From: Eledone cirrhosa
Lineage: Eukaryota
DNA: 64,000 nucleotides
Reading direction: 5' to 3'
Assembly: GCA_964016885.1 (NCBI GenBank)
Contig: OZ024742.1
Coordinates: forward strand, 277,760,001 to 277,824,000
The translations under genes were made by a program, and so were the position numbers. The notes under the pieces are model-generated. The model ran no database searches and had not been told where the DNA came from. It saw only the letters and a list, made by a program, of their open reading frames with translations. Shown here piece by piece: positions 13,420-27,380 of the stretch. Every line of letters starts with the position of its first letter. Position 1 is the first letter of the stretch.

Positions 13420-14955
13420 CTCAAACAACAAAAAACTCAACCCCTATGGAAGAAACAACCTAGAACTTAGTGGAGAGCCGACCAGGAAGTGTAACTGCCC
13501 TGATAGATCTACGTGCCCCCTCAACAACAGATGCCGAGAACGTAATGTGATCTACCAGTGCAAATTGAGGACGGACACCTCCAACAAAGCTTATATAGGA
13601 TTAACCGCTTGTGACTTTAAGACCCGGCTCTACCAACACCGACATACGTTCCGAAACCCGGTCCGGCGACATGCCACCACACTTTCGGCCCATATCTGGG
13701 ACCTCCAAGATAATAATATAACTTACCATAATATTACTAACTCTTACACGGGAGGACGCCGTCCGTGTAACTTCTGCTCGGAGGAAACATTACAAATGCT
13801 GTTTACGAAGGACCAACTCCTAAACAAAAAAAACGAACTGGTAACTGCATGCAAACACAGATTGCGGAAGACTTACCTCACCCTCAAACCCCCTAACGAT
13901 CCGGGTGGGTAGAGAAGGGCTGAAAGACCCCCACTTGCCAAATAAGATAGAGAAAACCCCAACTTATATAGGTAGAGGTACCTCTTTTCTTTTCCGCTAT
14001 GGTTTCTTCTTCCCTTTATCTCCTCCTATCACTTCTTTCCACCACCGATCTTCTTCCTCGTTCGTTTCTTTGTTTTTTTTCCCCTTTCGCCTACCCCGAG
14101 GCAGCCCATCGGGCCTCTTTAGCCTCAGTACCCCAACCCCAGTAACTTATAGATAGCTTTGGCCGATTACGTTATACTAACTATTCATAGCAGCTGTGTT
14201 AGACCCCAGAGATGTGGCATTAATTTTTAATACCCAATTCTAAATTTTCCAATAATTTTCATCTAGCACCTCATTCTATAGAATTGGCCGAGAAACCAGA
14301 ACCAACTAAATATAGCAGCTGTGTTAGACTCCTTAGTTTTTGTTTTATTTCACTTCTCACTTTACTCTCTTACATTCTGATATATCTTTCTCTCATTATT
14401 TTTTATTATATCTGAGTTCAAATCCCGCCGAGGTTAACTTTGCCTTTCATCCTTACAGGGTCGATAAAATAAAGTACCAGTAATGTACTGGGTAATTGCT
14501 GGCCTTGTGCCTAAAGTAGAAACAATTATTTTTTATTATATCAAGGGCGGTGGATTGGCAGTGTCGCTAGAGGGTCGGACGCCATGCTTTAACGCATAGA
14601 GTTACGGCCCTTTATGGTCTGAGTTCAAATCCCGCCGAGGTTAACTTTGCCTTTCATCCTTACGGGGTCGATAAAATAAAGTACCAGTAATGTAATGTAA
14701 TTGCTGGCCTTGTGCCAAAAGTAGAAACAATTATTTTTTATTATATTTTTTCATTGTCCCCTAATCCGATTTGATTTACCAATTCTATGACGTCCCTCCT
14801 CCTTTTTCTAAAGAAACCTTTTTTCGCCTACCTCCTCTGGCCTACTTTAATACACATTCCTTAGAATTTGCCGTGTAGATTTCACCTTCAACGCTTGACC
14901 GGCTCTACCCACTCCCCCATCGTTCTACAGGCAAGTTCAGCCACCCCACCCCGCA
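13420..14955 (+). mobile_element. PLE family 1 3' fragment (GIY-YIG + 3' UTR/pLTR), interrupted by two SINEs
   Basis: CNCPDRSTCPL..VIYQC..AYIGLTACDFKTRLYQH..LLNKKNELVTACKHR; matches the reverse complement of 1-385; 14885-14950 matches 59000-59070. Confidence 0.87.
14411..14735 (+). mobile_element. Two tandem SINE family A copies (14411-14530 5'-truncated; 14544-14735 full)
   Basis: Near-identical bodies with B-box GAGTTCAAATCC. Confidence 0.9.
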
Positions 14956-14957
14956 CC

Positions 14958-15150
14958 AAGTTTATCCCGGGTTCAATCTGGGGTAACCTCATTAAGTAAG
15001 GTACTCAATACATAGCAGAGTATAAATATTTAATACAGAAATGGCTTTTAGAGGACTAGAACTGTTTCATTCGGGAGAAATTATCATCATGGGCTTCCTG
15101 ATGATTTCTCCCGAATGAAACAGTTCTAATCCTGTAGAAGCCATTTCTAT
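14958..15150. mobile_element. Fold-back pLTR-like insertion (family 2)
   Basis: 15035-15088 is an inverted copy of ~15098-15150; the left arm continues into a tail; second copy at 41177-41295. Confidence 0.8.
15092..15142 (+). ncRNA. Type I hammerhead ribozyme, intact core
   Basis: ggcttc-CTGATGA-tttctcccgaat-GAAA-cag ttctaatc ctg-TA-gaagcc; 6-bp stem I, GUA triplet with cleavage after 15136. Confidence 0.87.
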
Positions 15151-15163
15151 ATATATATATATA

Positions 15164-15246
<83 letters not shown>

Positions 15247-16235
15247 TGAGAGAGAGAAAGATAGATAGATAAATAGATAGATAGATAGATAGATATACGT
15301 ACTATACATATGTATCTATGTATACATATATGTCTGCTTGTCTGTCTGTCTGACTGACTGTTTGTCTGTATATATGTACGAGCCACACACACACACACAG
15401 AGTCCCAACTCATCAGAGAATTTCTGGAGATACGTTGTTTCGTTGCTTTCACAACGATACAGCTGGCTCTACTACACAAAAGACAGAAACAAATAGACAA
15501 AAGACAAGACAATAGTCTTTCGACTATTTACAAATGAGAGAAATTATGCTACAATCCCATTTGCTGAAACTAAAAAGAAGAGATATCGACGGGGCCCAAC
15601 ATATTGGCTAGCCAAGAAGAAGTGAAAAGGGAAAGTGGAAGCGATAGAGAATATACCAATGTTAATAAAAATATTTCGTTTGTTTGGACGTTAAGTCCTA
15701 AATAGAGAGACAAAATGAGCAGGAAGAGAGAGAGAGAGAGAGCGAGAGAGAGGGAGAGAGAGAGAGAGGGAGAGAGAGCGAGAGCGAGCGACAGAGAGAG
15801 AAAGAGGCGGGTTTCTCCTTTTTGTTCATATTTTTTGTTCATTATGTATGATTTTAGCCACGTCGGATTCCTTTTCTCTCTTTTTCAAATATATAAATAT
15901 CCGATTTTACAAGCTATTGGAGGTACTTTTACGTCATAAGAATCAGTCTTCCGGTAAAGAGTTTTTTACAGGATGTACATCGTTAGTGTTTCATAGTGAC
16001 CATGAAGAACGGAAACGTTATATATATATACACACACACAAACACACACACACACACAACACACACACATATATATATATATTCATTGTAATGTGTTGTT
16101 TGCGTTGTTGTTTCTGTTTACTCTTTCAACACACACACACGTGTGTGTATGAGTGTATATATAAATATATATATATGTGTGTATAGATAGATAAATAAAC
16201 AAAGAAAGTGAGTGAAAATAAAGAAATAAACAAAG

Positions 16236-16309
<74 letters not shown>

Positions 16310-17039
16310 ATATATATAATTGAATAAAGAGAAACAGAATGAAAGCGCACAAACTTAAAAAAATTAAGATTAAATGAAAGAAATAATATCATATAAATAT
16401 AAAAGTAAATAATAAAACATCAAATAAAATAAAACTCTGACCCCCCCCCCCCCCCAAAAAAAAAAGAGCAAGTATAAGATAAACACAAAGAAAACTTCTT
16501 AATAAATAAATATATAAAGTAGATAATTAAAAGCTAAGAGGAAAATGTACGAAATAAAATAAATAAAAAAAAATAAGATGCAAAATAAGATGAATAAAAA
16601 TAAAGAAAAATAAGAATAAAATAAAATAAAGATGAAATATAAAGATAAAGATAAAGATAAAGATAAAGAAAACAAAAATGATATAAATTTAAAAAAGTTA
16701 AAACTAAGATAAAATGGATTAAAATTAGAAATAATATAAATATTAATAAATTATATATTAAATAAATAATAAAATAAAAAGGAAAGCAAATAGGAAAGTT
16801 ATAAAATCAAAGCTAATCAAAAATAAAACAATAAAAAGCAACAAAGACAAAAAAACAAAAATCAAGATAAAATCACCCCACCCCTTAATAAAATTTGAAG
16901 CTAAATAAATATATACAATATAGCTGAATTCCTTCTGAATTAGCGCTAGAAAACTGTTGTATGTACGTATGCGTTACACATACATATATTCATACCTGGA
17001 ATGGGTATTCGTAGATTTTGACGATGAGTTTTCTAGTTG

Positions 17040-17342
17040 CTTGATTAACGCAGCAGTCTGCTCGTGATTTTAACGTACAAGGGACAGACTGAGTGTTCTA
17101 CAAATACGAGTACCCTTAATGTTATTGTCAGGGAGATTCAGGATGACAAAGCAGGCCTTTTAAATTACAAGTAAAGTTCATTCGGCGGGCTTCCGAGCAG
17201 TTTCTGTCTACTCAATTTCACTAGCAAGGCTTGAGTCAACGGAGGCTCTGGTAACCGGTACTTGCTCAAGTTGTCACGGAGTAAGCTCGAACCTAAGATC
17301 TTATGTTTGCAAAGCAAACTTCTTAAACATTTAGCCATGCGG
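17040..17342 (-). mobile_element. tRNA-derived SINE (family C)
   Basis: Minus strand gcatggctaaatgtttaagaagtttgctttgcaa..ggttcgag; related copies at 37185-38290. Confidence 0.7.
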
Positions 17343-17449
17343 AGAGCGCTGACATATGAGCAAGTGATTTGAAAATCTTAAGCAGATTTAGCTTTAAGAT
17401 TTAACAATACCTGCTTTTACTGTTTCATCTGGGAGGAAAAGTTAGAATG

Positions 17450-17720
17450 TTGGATAGAATGCTTTGCCATATTTGTTCTGGCTGAGCTCAACTTTGTGTT
17501 TTATCTTTTAGAAGTCGATAAAAATGTACCAGCATTGAAGCCATTTCTTCTTCCATATCTTTTTCTCACTTCCTCTCTATCACTGAAACTCCTTCTCTGG
17601 AAGAAATTAGCTATCTTCAGACCCGATGGAGGATAGGCTCCGCCAGGTTTAAAATGCTCGAAACACTACAGCACAAATATGTCACCACGGGTTCCCCTAC
17701 GACTTTATCAGGAGTTACTT
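17450..17720 (+). mobile_element. Degenerate SINE A head followed by an alternative ~180-bp tail
   Basis: Tail matches 24245-24410 (tctctggaagaaat..ggctccgc..ggtttaaaatgc..cccctacgact.tatcaggagttac). Confidence 0.6.
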
Positions 17721-17854
17721 GTCAATTATATACATATTCTGTGTGTAAAGAGCAGCGTTCATGACCCCTTTTCAGGCCTCTGAGACTAGTAGGAGGGAGG
17801 TAATAATGTATCCTCAAACCGGTGATCTGGCCCAATTGCTTGCAAAAGAGTGGA

Positions 17855-18125
17855 CTTCACTATTGGTGGACGATTACTTCATTTATTGAAACCACCGAAA
17901 TGGCAAAGTTGGCCTCAGTGGGATTTGAACTCAGAACGCCAAGAACCGGCACAAACAATATAAAGCATTCTACCCGACACTCTGAACAATCCCGCCTGTC
18001 CACTGCCATAGACGAGGACTTTTTTTTATATATCGAACCCTTGAAAAGATGAAAGACAAATTTCACATAGCTGGGATTTGAACTCAGAGTGCAAAGAGTC
18101 GGAAAAGTTAGGGCAAGGCATTCGT
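17855..18125 (-). mobile_element. Two degenerate SINE family A copies
   Basis: ggatttgaactcaga (reverse-complement B-box) at ~17921 and ~18074. Confidence 0.7.
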
Positions 18126-18639
18126 AACGATTCTTCTAATTTTCCACCTGCATAGTGTTAGTGTGGTTAGTGTTTAGTCTTAGGTCAGTCTTGGCCAAGC
18201 ACACACACACATAACACTCATATACACACTCACACATTCTCACTCTTTCATACACATGTGCATACTTACACACACATACACGCACAAACACTTTCACACA
18301 CATACACATATTCAAATACACACTGTTAAACACACACTTTCACACACACTCTCTCTCTCCCTCTCTCTTCTGTACTTATCAGTCTTTCTGTTATTCTTTT
18401 AATTAAACAAGACTTCGTTGCATTCTTGTCAAAGAATGCCTTCAATATTACAACATTACAACAACAACAACAAAACCACGGAATTGTTATCTTAAGCAAC
18501 CAAAATCTAACAATGACAGAATAACAGCATCGTCATCAAGAGCAGCAATGACACTAACAACAAGAACAACACCAACAACAACACCAACCACCAACAACAA
18601 CACCAACCACCAACAACAACACCAACCACCATCAACAAA

Positions 18640-19025
18640 AATAATGATTTCTACTATAGGCACAAGTCCAGCAATTTTTGGGGCGAGGGGAGAGTCGATT
18701 AAATCGACCCAGTGTATTACTGGTACTTTATTTTATCGACCCCGAAATATGAAAGGCAAAGTTAACCTCGGCGGAATTTGAACTCAGAACATAAAAGGCC
18801 ATAACTCTATGCTGAAAAGCATGGTGTCTGATGCTCCACCAACAACAAAAATAATGGTTTCTTATATAGGCACAAGGCCAGCAATTTTGGAGGAGGGCAA
18901 AGTCGATTAAATCGACGCTAGTGCATGACTGGTACTTTATTTTATCGACCCCGTAAAGATGAAAGGCAAAGCTAACATCGGCGGGATTTTAACTCAGAAG
19001 GTAAAGGGCCAAAACTCTATGTTTC
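18640..19025 (-). mobile_element. Two tandem SINE family A copies
   Basis: ctggtactttattttatcgacccc..gaaaggcaaag occurs twice. Confidence 0.88.
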
Positions 19026-19179
19026 AAAGCAGTAACAACAACAGCAACAGCAAGAAAAGCAGTAACAACAACAACAACAACAACAACAAAAGCAGTAACA
19101 ACACAACAGCAATAAAAGCAGTAACAACAACAAGAACAGCGACAAAAGCAGTAACAACAACAGCAGCAATAAAAGCAGT

Positions 19180-19211
<32 letters not shown>

Positions 19212-19326
19212 AAGCAGTAACAACAACAACAGCAATAAAATCAGTAACAACAACAACAACAACAACAAAAGCAGTAACAACAACAACAGCAATAAAAGCA
19301 GTAACAACAACAGCAACAAAAGCAGT

Positions 19327-19358
<32 letters not shown>

Positions 19359-19830
19359 AAGCAGTAACAACAACAGCAATAAAATCAGTAACAACAACAA
19401 CAACAACAAAAGCAGTAACAACAACAGCAACAAAAGCAGTAACAACAACAACAACAACAACAAAAGCAGTAACAACAACAGCAATAAAATCAGTAACAAC
19501 AACAACAACAACAAAAGCAGTAACAACAACAACAGCAATAAAAGCAGTAACAACAACAATAGCAATAAAAGCAGTAGCAACAACAAGAACAACAACAGCA
19601 ATAAAAGCAGTAGCAACAACAGCAACAATGACACTAACAAGAGCAGCAGCAACTACAACAACAGCAACAGCAACAACAACAGCAACAATGACACTAACAA
19701 GAGCAGCAGCAACTACAACAACAACAACAACGAAACTAACAACAACAGCAGCAAAAACAACAACAATGACACTAACAACAGCAGCAGTAACAATGACACT
19801 AACAGCAGCAGCAACAGCAACAACAACCAT
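19026..19830. repeat. AAAGCAGTA(ACA)n minisatellite
   Basis: Direct reading; source of the spurious 302-aa TKAV ORF. Confidence 0.95.
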
Positions 19831-19920
19831 GATTGGAATTCATTTCGATATTTTATTTGAAAGATGAAAAGAAGTCATAAAACATGTTTTCGAGGAGTAA
19901 AGTAACAAATACCCAGTGTG

Positions 19921-20026
<106 letters not shown>

Positions 20027-20449
20027 AGGTTATTCAAGAAATTCTTAGGATTATCCTAAATGCAGTAATGGTTAATTACTACACTAGATAGAGTTGACGT
20101 ACCATGAGGAGTTACTCAACGAGTTATGGAAGAATAGTTGAAGAAACTCAGTTTCTGATCCTTCCGTATTCCGGAGTGTAGATAAAGAATGAATAATAAC
20201 AGGTAGACATCAGATTCTGCTCTGAGGAAACGGTAGAACCAGTATTTGAAAATTGAGTTTCTGCAAATAATTACCAATTTATACATAGCATGACTAGGCT
20301 GTATAACTACTGTTGAAACATTTGTAAGCACTCGGAATAAATTACCTTTTTATGATGTCTACCTGTTATTATTCATTCTTTATATATATATATATATATA
20401 AAATTTATATTTATATATATATATATATATATATGACTATACAATCATA

Positions 20450-20518
<69 letters not shown>

Positions 20519-20527
20519 GTATATATG

Positions 20528-20612
<85 letters not shown>

Positions 20613-20619
<7 letters not shown>

Positions 20620-21780
20620 AAAGTATGACCATAGAATCATTTGATAAAATATATACACCATCTCCTCTCCCAGTCAGCATAATCAACCACACAAAAAAAA
20701 CAATTAAACCAGGCTATAAGATTAAAAGGCACCTATGAAGAAATAATAGATACATAAACTACAGCTTTCTATCCGCAATCAACAACTATAGAATATTTAC
20801 CCAGCATTTCTCATAGCACGTGGAAATCAATTAAATATATCGTCAACCATACACAATTAGGTATAAAATTAAAGTTAGAAGAAAAATGTATATAAGCATA
20901 CCAAAATTATGTTTCTACTCCATGAGGTTTCATTCGCATTTTGGAAATATCCGATCAAGGATAAATTTACGAGTTTCGAAAACATCAGGAAACAAACTCA
21001 CTTGGACGAAGATTTTTCTTAAATGATCCCCACCAGAAACGAATTCAAAATGGCTAAGAACTGTGACGTGGCAGTGGTCAAGTCAGAAAGAATGTGATTG
21101 GTGCCTTGCGGCGAGTGGGCTTGTTGCTAGAAAGCGCAGCCAAATACTGCATAAATTGCATCTCAACCATATGGGAGATTATCAAATATAAAGATTTACA
21201 TATACACAAACTAGACAAAGTCATGGATATATATATATATGTGTTATTTGCGACCACTCACGATGTGGCTCAATGAGGAATTAATTAATTAAATAATCAA
21301 CAATCAAAGCAATATACAATAAAGTATGTCCATAGAATCATTTGATAAAATATATACACCATCTCTTTTCCCAATCAGCATAATCAACCACACAAAAACC
21401 AATTAAAAGGCACCTATGAAGAAATAATAGATAAATAAACTACAGCTTTCTATCCGCGATCAACAACTATAGAATATTTACTCAGCATTTCTAATAGCAC
21501 GTGGAAATCAATTAAATATATCGTCAACCATACACAATTAGGTATAACATCAAAGTTAGAAGAAAAAAATGTATATAAGCATACCAAAATTATGTTTCTA
21601 CCCCATATATATATATATATATAAGTCCAAAGAATCATTAGATAAAATATATACAGTATTTCCTCTCCCAATCAGTATAAATCAACCGCATAAAAAATCA
21701 TTTAAACGAGGCTATCAGTTTAAAATGTACTTATGAAGAAATAATAGACGAATGATACAGATTCTTTTCCGCGATGTACG
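20613..21780 (-). mobile_element. Partial tandem array of a pLTR-like repeat carrying a degenerate hammerhead
   Basis: Direct repeats 20613-20920, 21313-21604 and ~21625-21775; HHR motif at 20910-20994 (-). Confidence 0.7.
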
Positions 21781-21976
21781 GCTTATCTAATTATTTCTTC
21801 TAGCCCGTAGAAATTGACTAGACAAATAGTTAACTACACGGAATTAGTTACAAAATAGAAGTTTGAAGAAAAAATGCACATACATTTTACCAGAATTCTC
21901 ATTGTCTCTACCATTGTCTGGTTTCGTTCCACTTTTTAGATATAAGCTGTCTTCTTCTTCTTCTTCTTCTTCTTCT

Positions 21977-22050
<74 letters not shown>

Positions 22051-22224
22051 AGAGATAGAGGTAGAGGTAGATGGATAGATAGATAGATAGATAGGTAGAT
22101 ATATAGATAGGTAGATATATAGATAGATAGATAGATAGGTAGATATATAGATAGGTAGATATATAGATAGGTAGATAGATAGGTAGATATATAGATAGGT
22201 AGATATATAGATAGAGTAATAGAT

Positions 22225-22370
22225 AAAAATCGATCACAGTATTACACTGGTACATGTTTATCGACCCAGAAAAGATGAAAAGCAAAGTTGACCTCGTTGG
22301 GGTTGGCAGTGAACAGGATCTAATTTCAAAGTATTTAATCCGAAACCCTAACGGCTTTGAACATTTGCCA
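22225..22370 (-). mobile_element. Degenerate SINE family A
   Basis: ctggtacatgtttatcgaccc..gatgaaaagcaaagttgacctcg. Confidence 0.65.
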
Positions 22371-22459
22371 ACCTTACCAGTTTCATGGTGGGTTTAATTC
22401 TTTATTTTCCTCTCTCTTCATCTCTTTTTAGTAGAAATCAGTTGTCGTTAGACTTGGAT

Positions 22460-22540
22460 TTTGGTGATTTTGGACACCGTGCAGAACAAAAAACAAAACC
22501 TGACAAAGGGCGGAAGAACTCATAAGAGTCAATGGCCATC
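22460..22540 (+). mobile_element. Old fragment of the RTE-derived element 5' region
   Basis: ggtgattttggacac..aaaacaaaacctgacaaagggc..taagagtcaatggccatc matches 49340-49418. Confidence 0.65.
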
Positions 22541-24104
22541 TAAAAAAAAACAACAAAAAAAAAACCTGCCAAATCAATGAGTGGCAATAGTTCCAGCTGC
22601 ACGCTCCAAAAGACTGGTGTAGTGGTTCTGAGAACAATGCGGTTTTGCAGATGATCAATGCAAATTGACAATGGAAAGGTGCTGCCCTGGTTCTTCTTAT
22701 TAGTGAGTGTAAACTCGGCCAGATTAGGATTAGATTAGACTTGGAGAGGAATGGTCTTCGCCATGTTCAAATGCCTAAGCACACTGTATTTCACGATGGT
22801 AAGCCCCTATGACTTCATTAAGAAGCGAGACAATATCAATGAGAAGAAAAACAAAAGAAAACAATATCTTTATGAAAAATAATTCAAACCTTGTTTAAAT
22901 AAATCATATAATCAATAAATAATGCCACTACCAAGACCAGCCCCTTAGCCACCAGCCCGCCCTCCCTCCCCACCAACACTGAACTAACAAAAACACAAAC
23001 ACAGAAAGTTCCATCTGACGACAAGTAAAAAGAAAATCAGGGCTGGCAAATCATTATAACACTGAAAATGCAATCAACAATAACAAAAACAACAACTACA
23101 ACAGACTACAGCAAACTAACAATAGGTAAAACAACAATAAAGAAAAAAAGTACGTAAGTAAATATCTAAACATTCGTATCAAATGAATAATGATTGAAAT
23201 GCACATGAGAATTAGTAAATGTCACCCGAAACGTCGTGGATAACAATATGGAGTGTTTGCTTCTTTTGTCAACCTTTCAAAACTTCAGAGGAGTATTACA
23301 TTTAAAAGTAGGATATAGCAACATTACTATTTACTGCTTATATGTTTCCAAACAAATATTCTCTGTAGACTTTAGAGTGTAAACTATTTTCTTTCTTTCT
23401 TTCTTTTTTTTCTTTCTTTCTTTCTTTCTTTTTTCACCGTCCCTCTCCCTCTCACTATATATATATATATATATATATATTCACACACACACACGCACAC
23501 GAACACACGACCCCCCCCCCACATATATATATATACACACATAGTGATAATAACTTGGTATAAATATCCAAGGAATAGAACAACTCAAGTCCGTAGGGCT
23601 TCGAGGCCAACGAAAAGTAAGTTCCAGGTATGGCCCCGTTGTTGTAACTGGCCTTAATAATCATAAAAGGAAAGGAGAAAATACGACCTGTGATAAGAGT
23701 TGAAATATGTGTGAATCTTCCTAAACTACCATAAAACTGTCATATCCCTGACAGTTGTTATTCAGGCGGTGTTCTTCAGGCGAACGCCATATTGAGCGCA
23801 CGTGTGTGTATATACATACCTGTGTGAACTCGCGCAAAATAGTACATTCTCTGATATTTTAAACACCTTTCTAAAGGCGAAATATCAAAGAGTTGATAAC
23901 CATAACTTATTACTTTCTTTTCTCCACACTTTGACTTTTTACTTCCTTCCTTACTTACCTTTTCACGACAGGCATATATATGCCTTTATATATGGCGTTC
24001 ACTATAAGAACTACGTACGTTAGTTTCTTAAACAAAAATCACAAACCAGTAATGCCGTGAAAAATACTGTTACCGTGTTAGTTTTATGGTACTGTAATAA
24101 CGCA

Positions 24105-24415
24105 CTCATAGCAGACTCGTTAGAACGTCGGATAGAATGTTTTATGATATTCGTTCCGGCTCTCTGCTCTCGGAGTTCAAATCCCGCCGAGGTCAAATAT
24201 CGAGGTCGATAAAAAAAGTAGTACCAGTCTATTACTGGGGTCAATTCTTCCTCTATATCTCTTACTCATTTTTTAAAAATCTTTCTATCTTTCTCTGGAA
24301 GAAATCTGCTGTCCTCAGTCCTGGAGAGGGATGGGCTCCGCAAGGTTTAAAATGCCCAAGAAACGCCGCATGTCAATGCAGTGCCCCTACGACTCTATCA
24401 GGAGTTACGGCGGGA
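24105..24415 (+). mobile_element. SINE A head plus alternative tail
   Basis: GAGTTCAAATCCCGCCGAGG, then the tail shared with 17530-17720. Confidence 0.7.
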
Positions 24416-24614
24416 CCATACATACAATAACACACACTCACGCACACACACAAACGCACGCACACACACACACACGCGCGCACACACACATATATATATA
24501 TATATATGTATGTATATATATTATTGCCCCCTTGACATTGTTCTGTTGTTTCAATGCTAAATAGAATATATACAACTAACACAGTATGTATTAGACAGAT
24601 GTAAACAACGTGTT

Positions 24615-24615
24615 T

Positions 24616-24653
<38 letters not shown>

Positions 24654-24711
24654 TATCATTATTATCATCATGATCACCATCATCATCATCATAATCGCCA
24701 CCGTCAACATC

Positions 24712-24765
<54 letters not shown>

Positions 24766-24796
24766 GTCATCATCGTCATCATCTTCGTCATCATCG

Positions 24797-24848
<52 letters not shown>

Positions 24849-24850
24849 AA
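24615..24850. repeat. (ATC)n microsatellite
   Basis: Direct reading. Confidence 0.97.
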
Positions 24851-25057
24851 ACAACATCAAAACCAAGAATGAAGAAGGTTATGAAATCTACAGACAACAA
24901 CAATTCCAGGAACATTTAACATCGTCATTACTGTAATAACCGCCATCACTTCCGCCACAATAGAAACCGCTACTCCTACCACAACCGAATCACTAGAATT
25001 ACTACTAATACTGCCACATACACTACAATTGAGACTATCATTACAACTAATATTACT

Positions 25058-25245
25058 CGGTGGATTGGCAGTATCTGTAGAGGGTCGGAAGCCATGCTTT
25101 GCAGCAAAGAGTTACGGCCCTTTATGGTCTGAGTTCAAATCCCGCCGAGGTTAACTTTGCCTTTCATCCTTACGGGGTCGAGAAAATAAAGTACCAGTAA
25201 TGTACTGGGTATTTGCTGGCCTTGTGCCAAACGTAGAAACAATAT
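25058..25245 (+). mobile_element. SINE family A
   Basis: Near-identical to 14544-14735. Confidence 0.9.
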
Positions 25246-25559
25246 TACTCCAACTACTAACAATATTCCCAGCTTTAGTACTCGAATGCAATACCCCCCC
25301 CCCCATCATCATCATCATCATCATCACCCCCACCACCAACACCACCAACACCACCACCTAGACCACGACCACTACAACCGCCTCTACGACCTCCACGACG
25401 ACCACGACGACCACGACGACCACGACCACCACCACAATTACTACCATGATCGCTGTCAGTATAACTACCAGAGTCATTGTCAGGAGGAGGAGGAAGGGAT
25501 GGAAGAGAGGTGAGGAATTTGAGGGAGAGTGATACACGCATATATGTATATATATATAT

Positions 25560-25640
<81 letters not shown>

Positions 25641-25901
25641 AAGATAGGGAGAGAGAGCGGGGGAGAGAGAGAAATAGGAAGAGATAAAGACAGAGAAAAA
25701 GAAAGGGAGGGAGATATTGCAAGAGTGGGAAGACAAGTAGGAAGAATGACATGGGGAAGAGAGGGTCAATCTTATCAGAACGGTTATTTCATTCGCCATC
25801 ACAGATGAAATTAAATAAATCTGCAGCGCTGGGTATTCATACATGCATACATACATACGTGCATGCATACATGCATGCATGCATATATGCATGCATGTCT
25901 G

Positions 25902-26001
<100 letters not shown>

Positions 26002-26069
26002 TACATAAATAATAAATATATATACATAAATATACATACATGCACATGCATATGTGCACGTATATATAT

Positions 26070-26148
26070 ATTAACCACTCTACTACCATAAGTATTGAGT
26101 ACTCTGGTGCGTTATGGTCCATCTGATTCCTTACCACAACTCCTCCGT

Positions 26149-26150
<2 letters not shown>
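26070..26150 (+). mobile_element. Solo tail of PLE family 1 pLTR within (TA)n
   Basis: ccactctactacc.taagtattgagtactctggtgcgttatggtccatctg matches 2195-2270. Confidence 0.85.
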
Positions 26151-26232
<82 letters not shown>

Positions 26233-26589
26233 TATATATATATATATACGTATATTCTACATGCATACACACACATACACACACGCACACACACATGTGA
26301 AATATATATTAATCCTCTGCATTATCAAGATGGCTGCCCCTATTCATTTTCACGTCAATTTCGAGCGGTAATATTGTCGTTGCTGAACTGGAAAACACCA
26401 TTTTTATTAATTCTAGTAAAGTTGTATGTAGGCGGAGTTACGCACGCCCCTATAACCCGGTTTAATCGCAAGAGGGATTCTCTCTCCACACATGCACACA
26501 CAACTACATCTGCATCTATATCTATCTCTCTATATATAGAGAGAGTAATACTTATGTAACTATGTGTACAGGTATGCAATTATAAACTG

Positions 26590-26623
<34 letters not shown>

Positions 26624-26739
26624 AGTGTGCGTGTGTGTGGTGCGTATATATAAGTATAAATATATTAATAGTAAATTTAGTAATAGATACACATCTCTGC
26701 CCATCTCTCTCTCTCTCTCTCTGTATATATATATATATA

Positions 26740-26854
<115 letters not shown>

Positions 26855-26934
26855 CTCTCTCTATATATATATAGTTTAATAAATGAACAGATAACAAAAA
26901 ACAGAGGCAGTACAAATGATATGGTTTTTAGTTT

Positions 26935-27380
26935 CACGCTTGAGAATGGGGGTGGGGGGGTGGGGGGGGGGACGACGTTTCGGGCATAAGCCCTTCATCA
27001 GGAGAACAGTGGGTAGGAAGAGAGTTCCGAGGGTGTGTAGAGGAGTGGTGGAAAAACATAAAGGGGGGGGGGGGGGCAGAAAAGGGAGGAAAAACAATTT
27101 TTTTATAGAGTAAAGGAAATGTTTTAAAATTACAAATAAAAATAAAAATAAACAAGGGGTGAAAGGGTGTGAGGTGTGTAGGGGTGGTGGTGGGTGGATG
27201 GGAGCTGGAGAGGGGAGAGGGAGGCGGGAGCTCCGAGTGGGGAGGGCTGAAGATGGTGTTTGTGTATGGGTGTAGGTGTACGTGTGTGTGTGTGTATGTG
27301 AATGTGAGAGTTGGGGGAAGAACGAGGTTTCATGTTCAGGTAAAAGGGAAACCGGTGTGTACATGGGGTGGGGTGTAAGT
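26935..27380 (-). mobile_element. PLE pLTR-like remnant with minimal hammerhead core
   Basis: Minus strand CTGATGA-agggcttatgccc-GAAA-cgtcg-TC at 26971-27001; 3' stem I arm replaced by a C run. Confidence 0.65.

Noticed and set aside
18959-19867. 302-aa Thr-rich mucin-like ORF
   Set aside because: Starts inside an antisense SINE and runs through a minisatellite.
20215-20268. CTGAGGA..GAAA hammerhead-like string
   Set aside because: Stems too weak to distinguish from chance.
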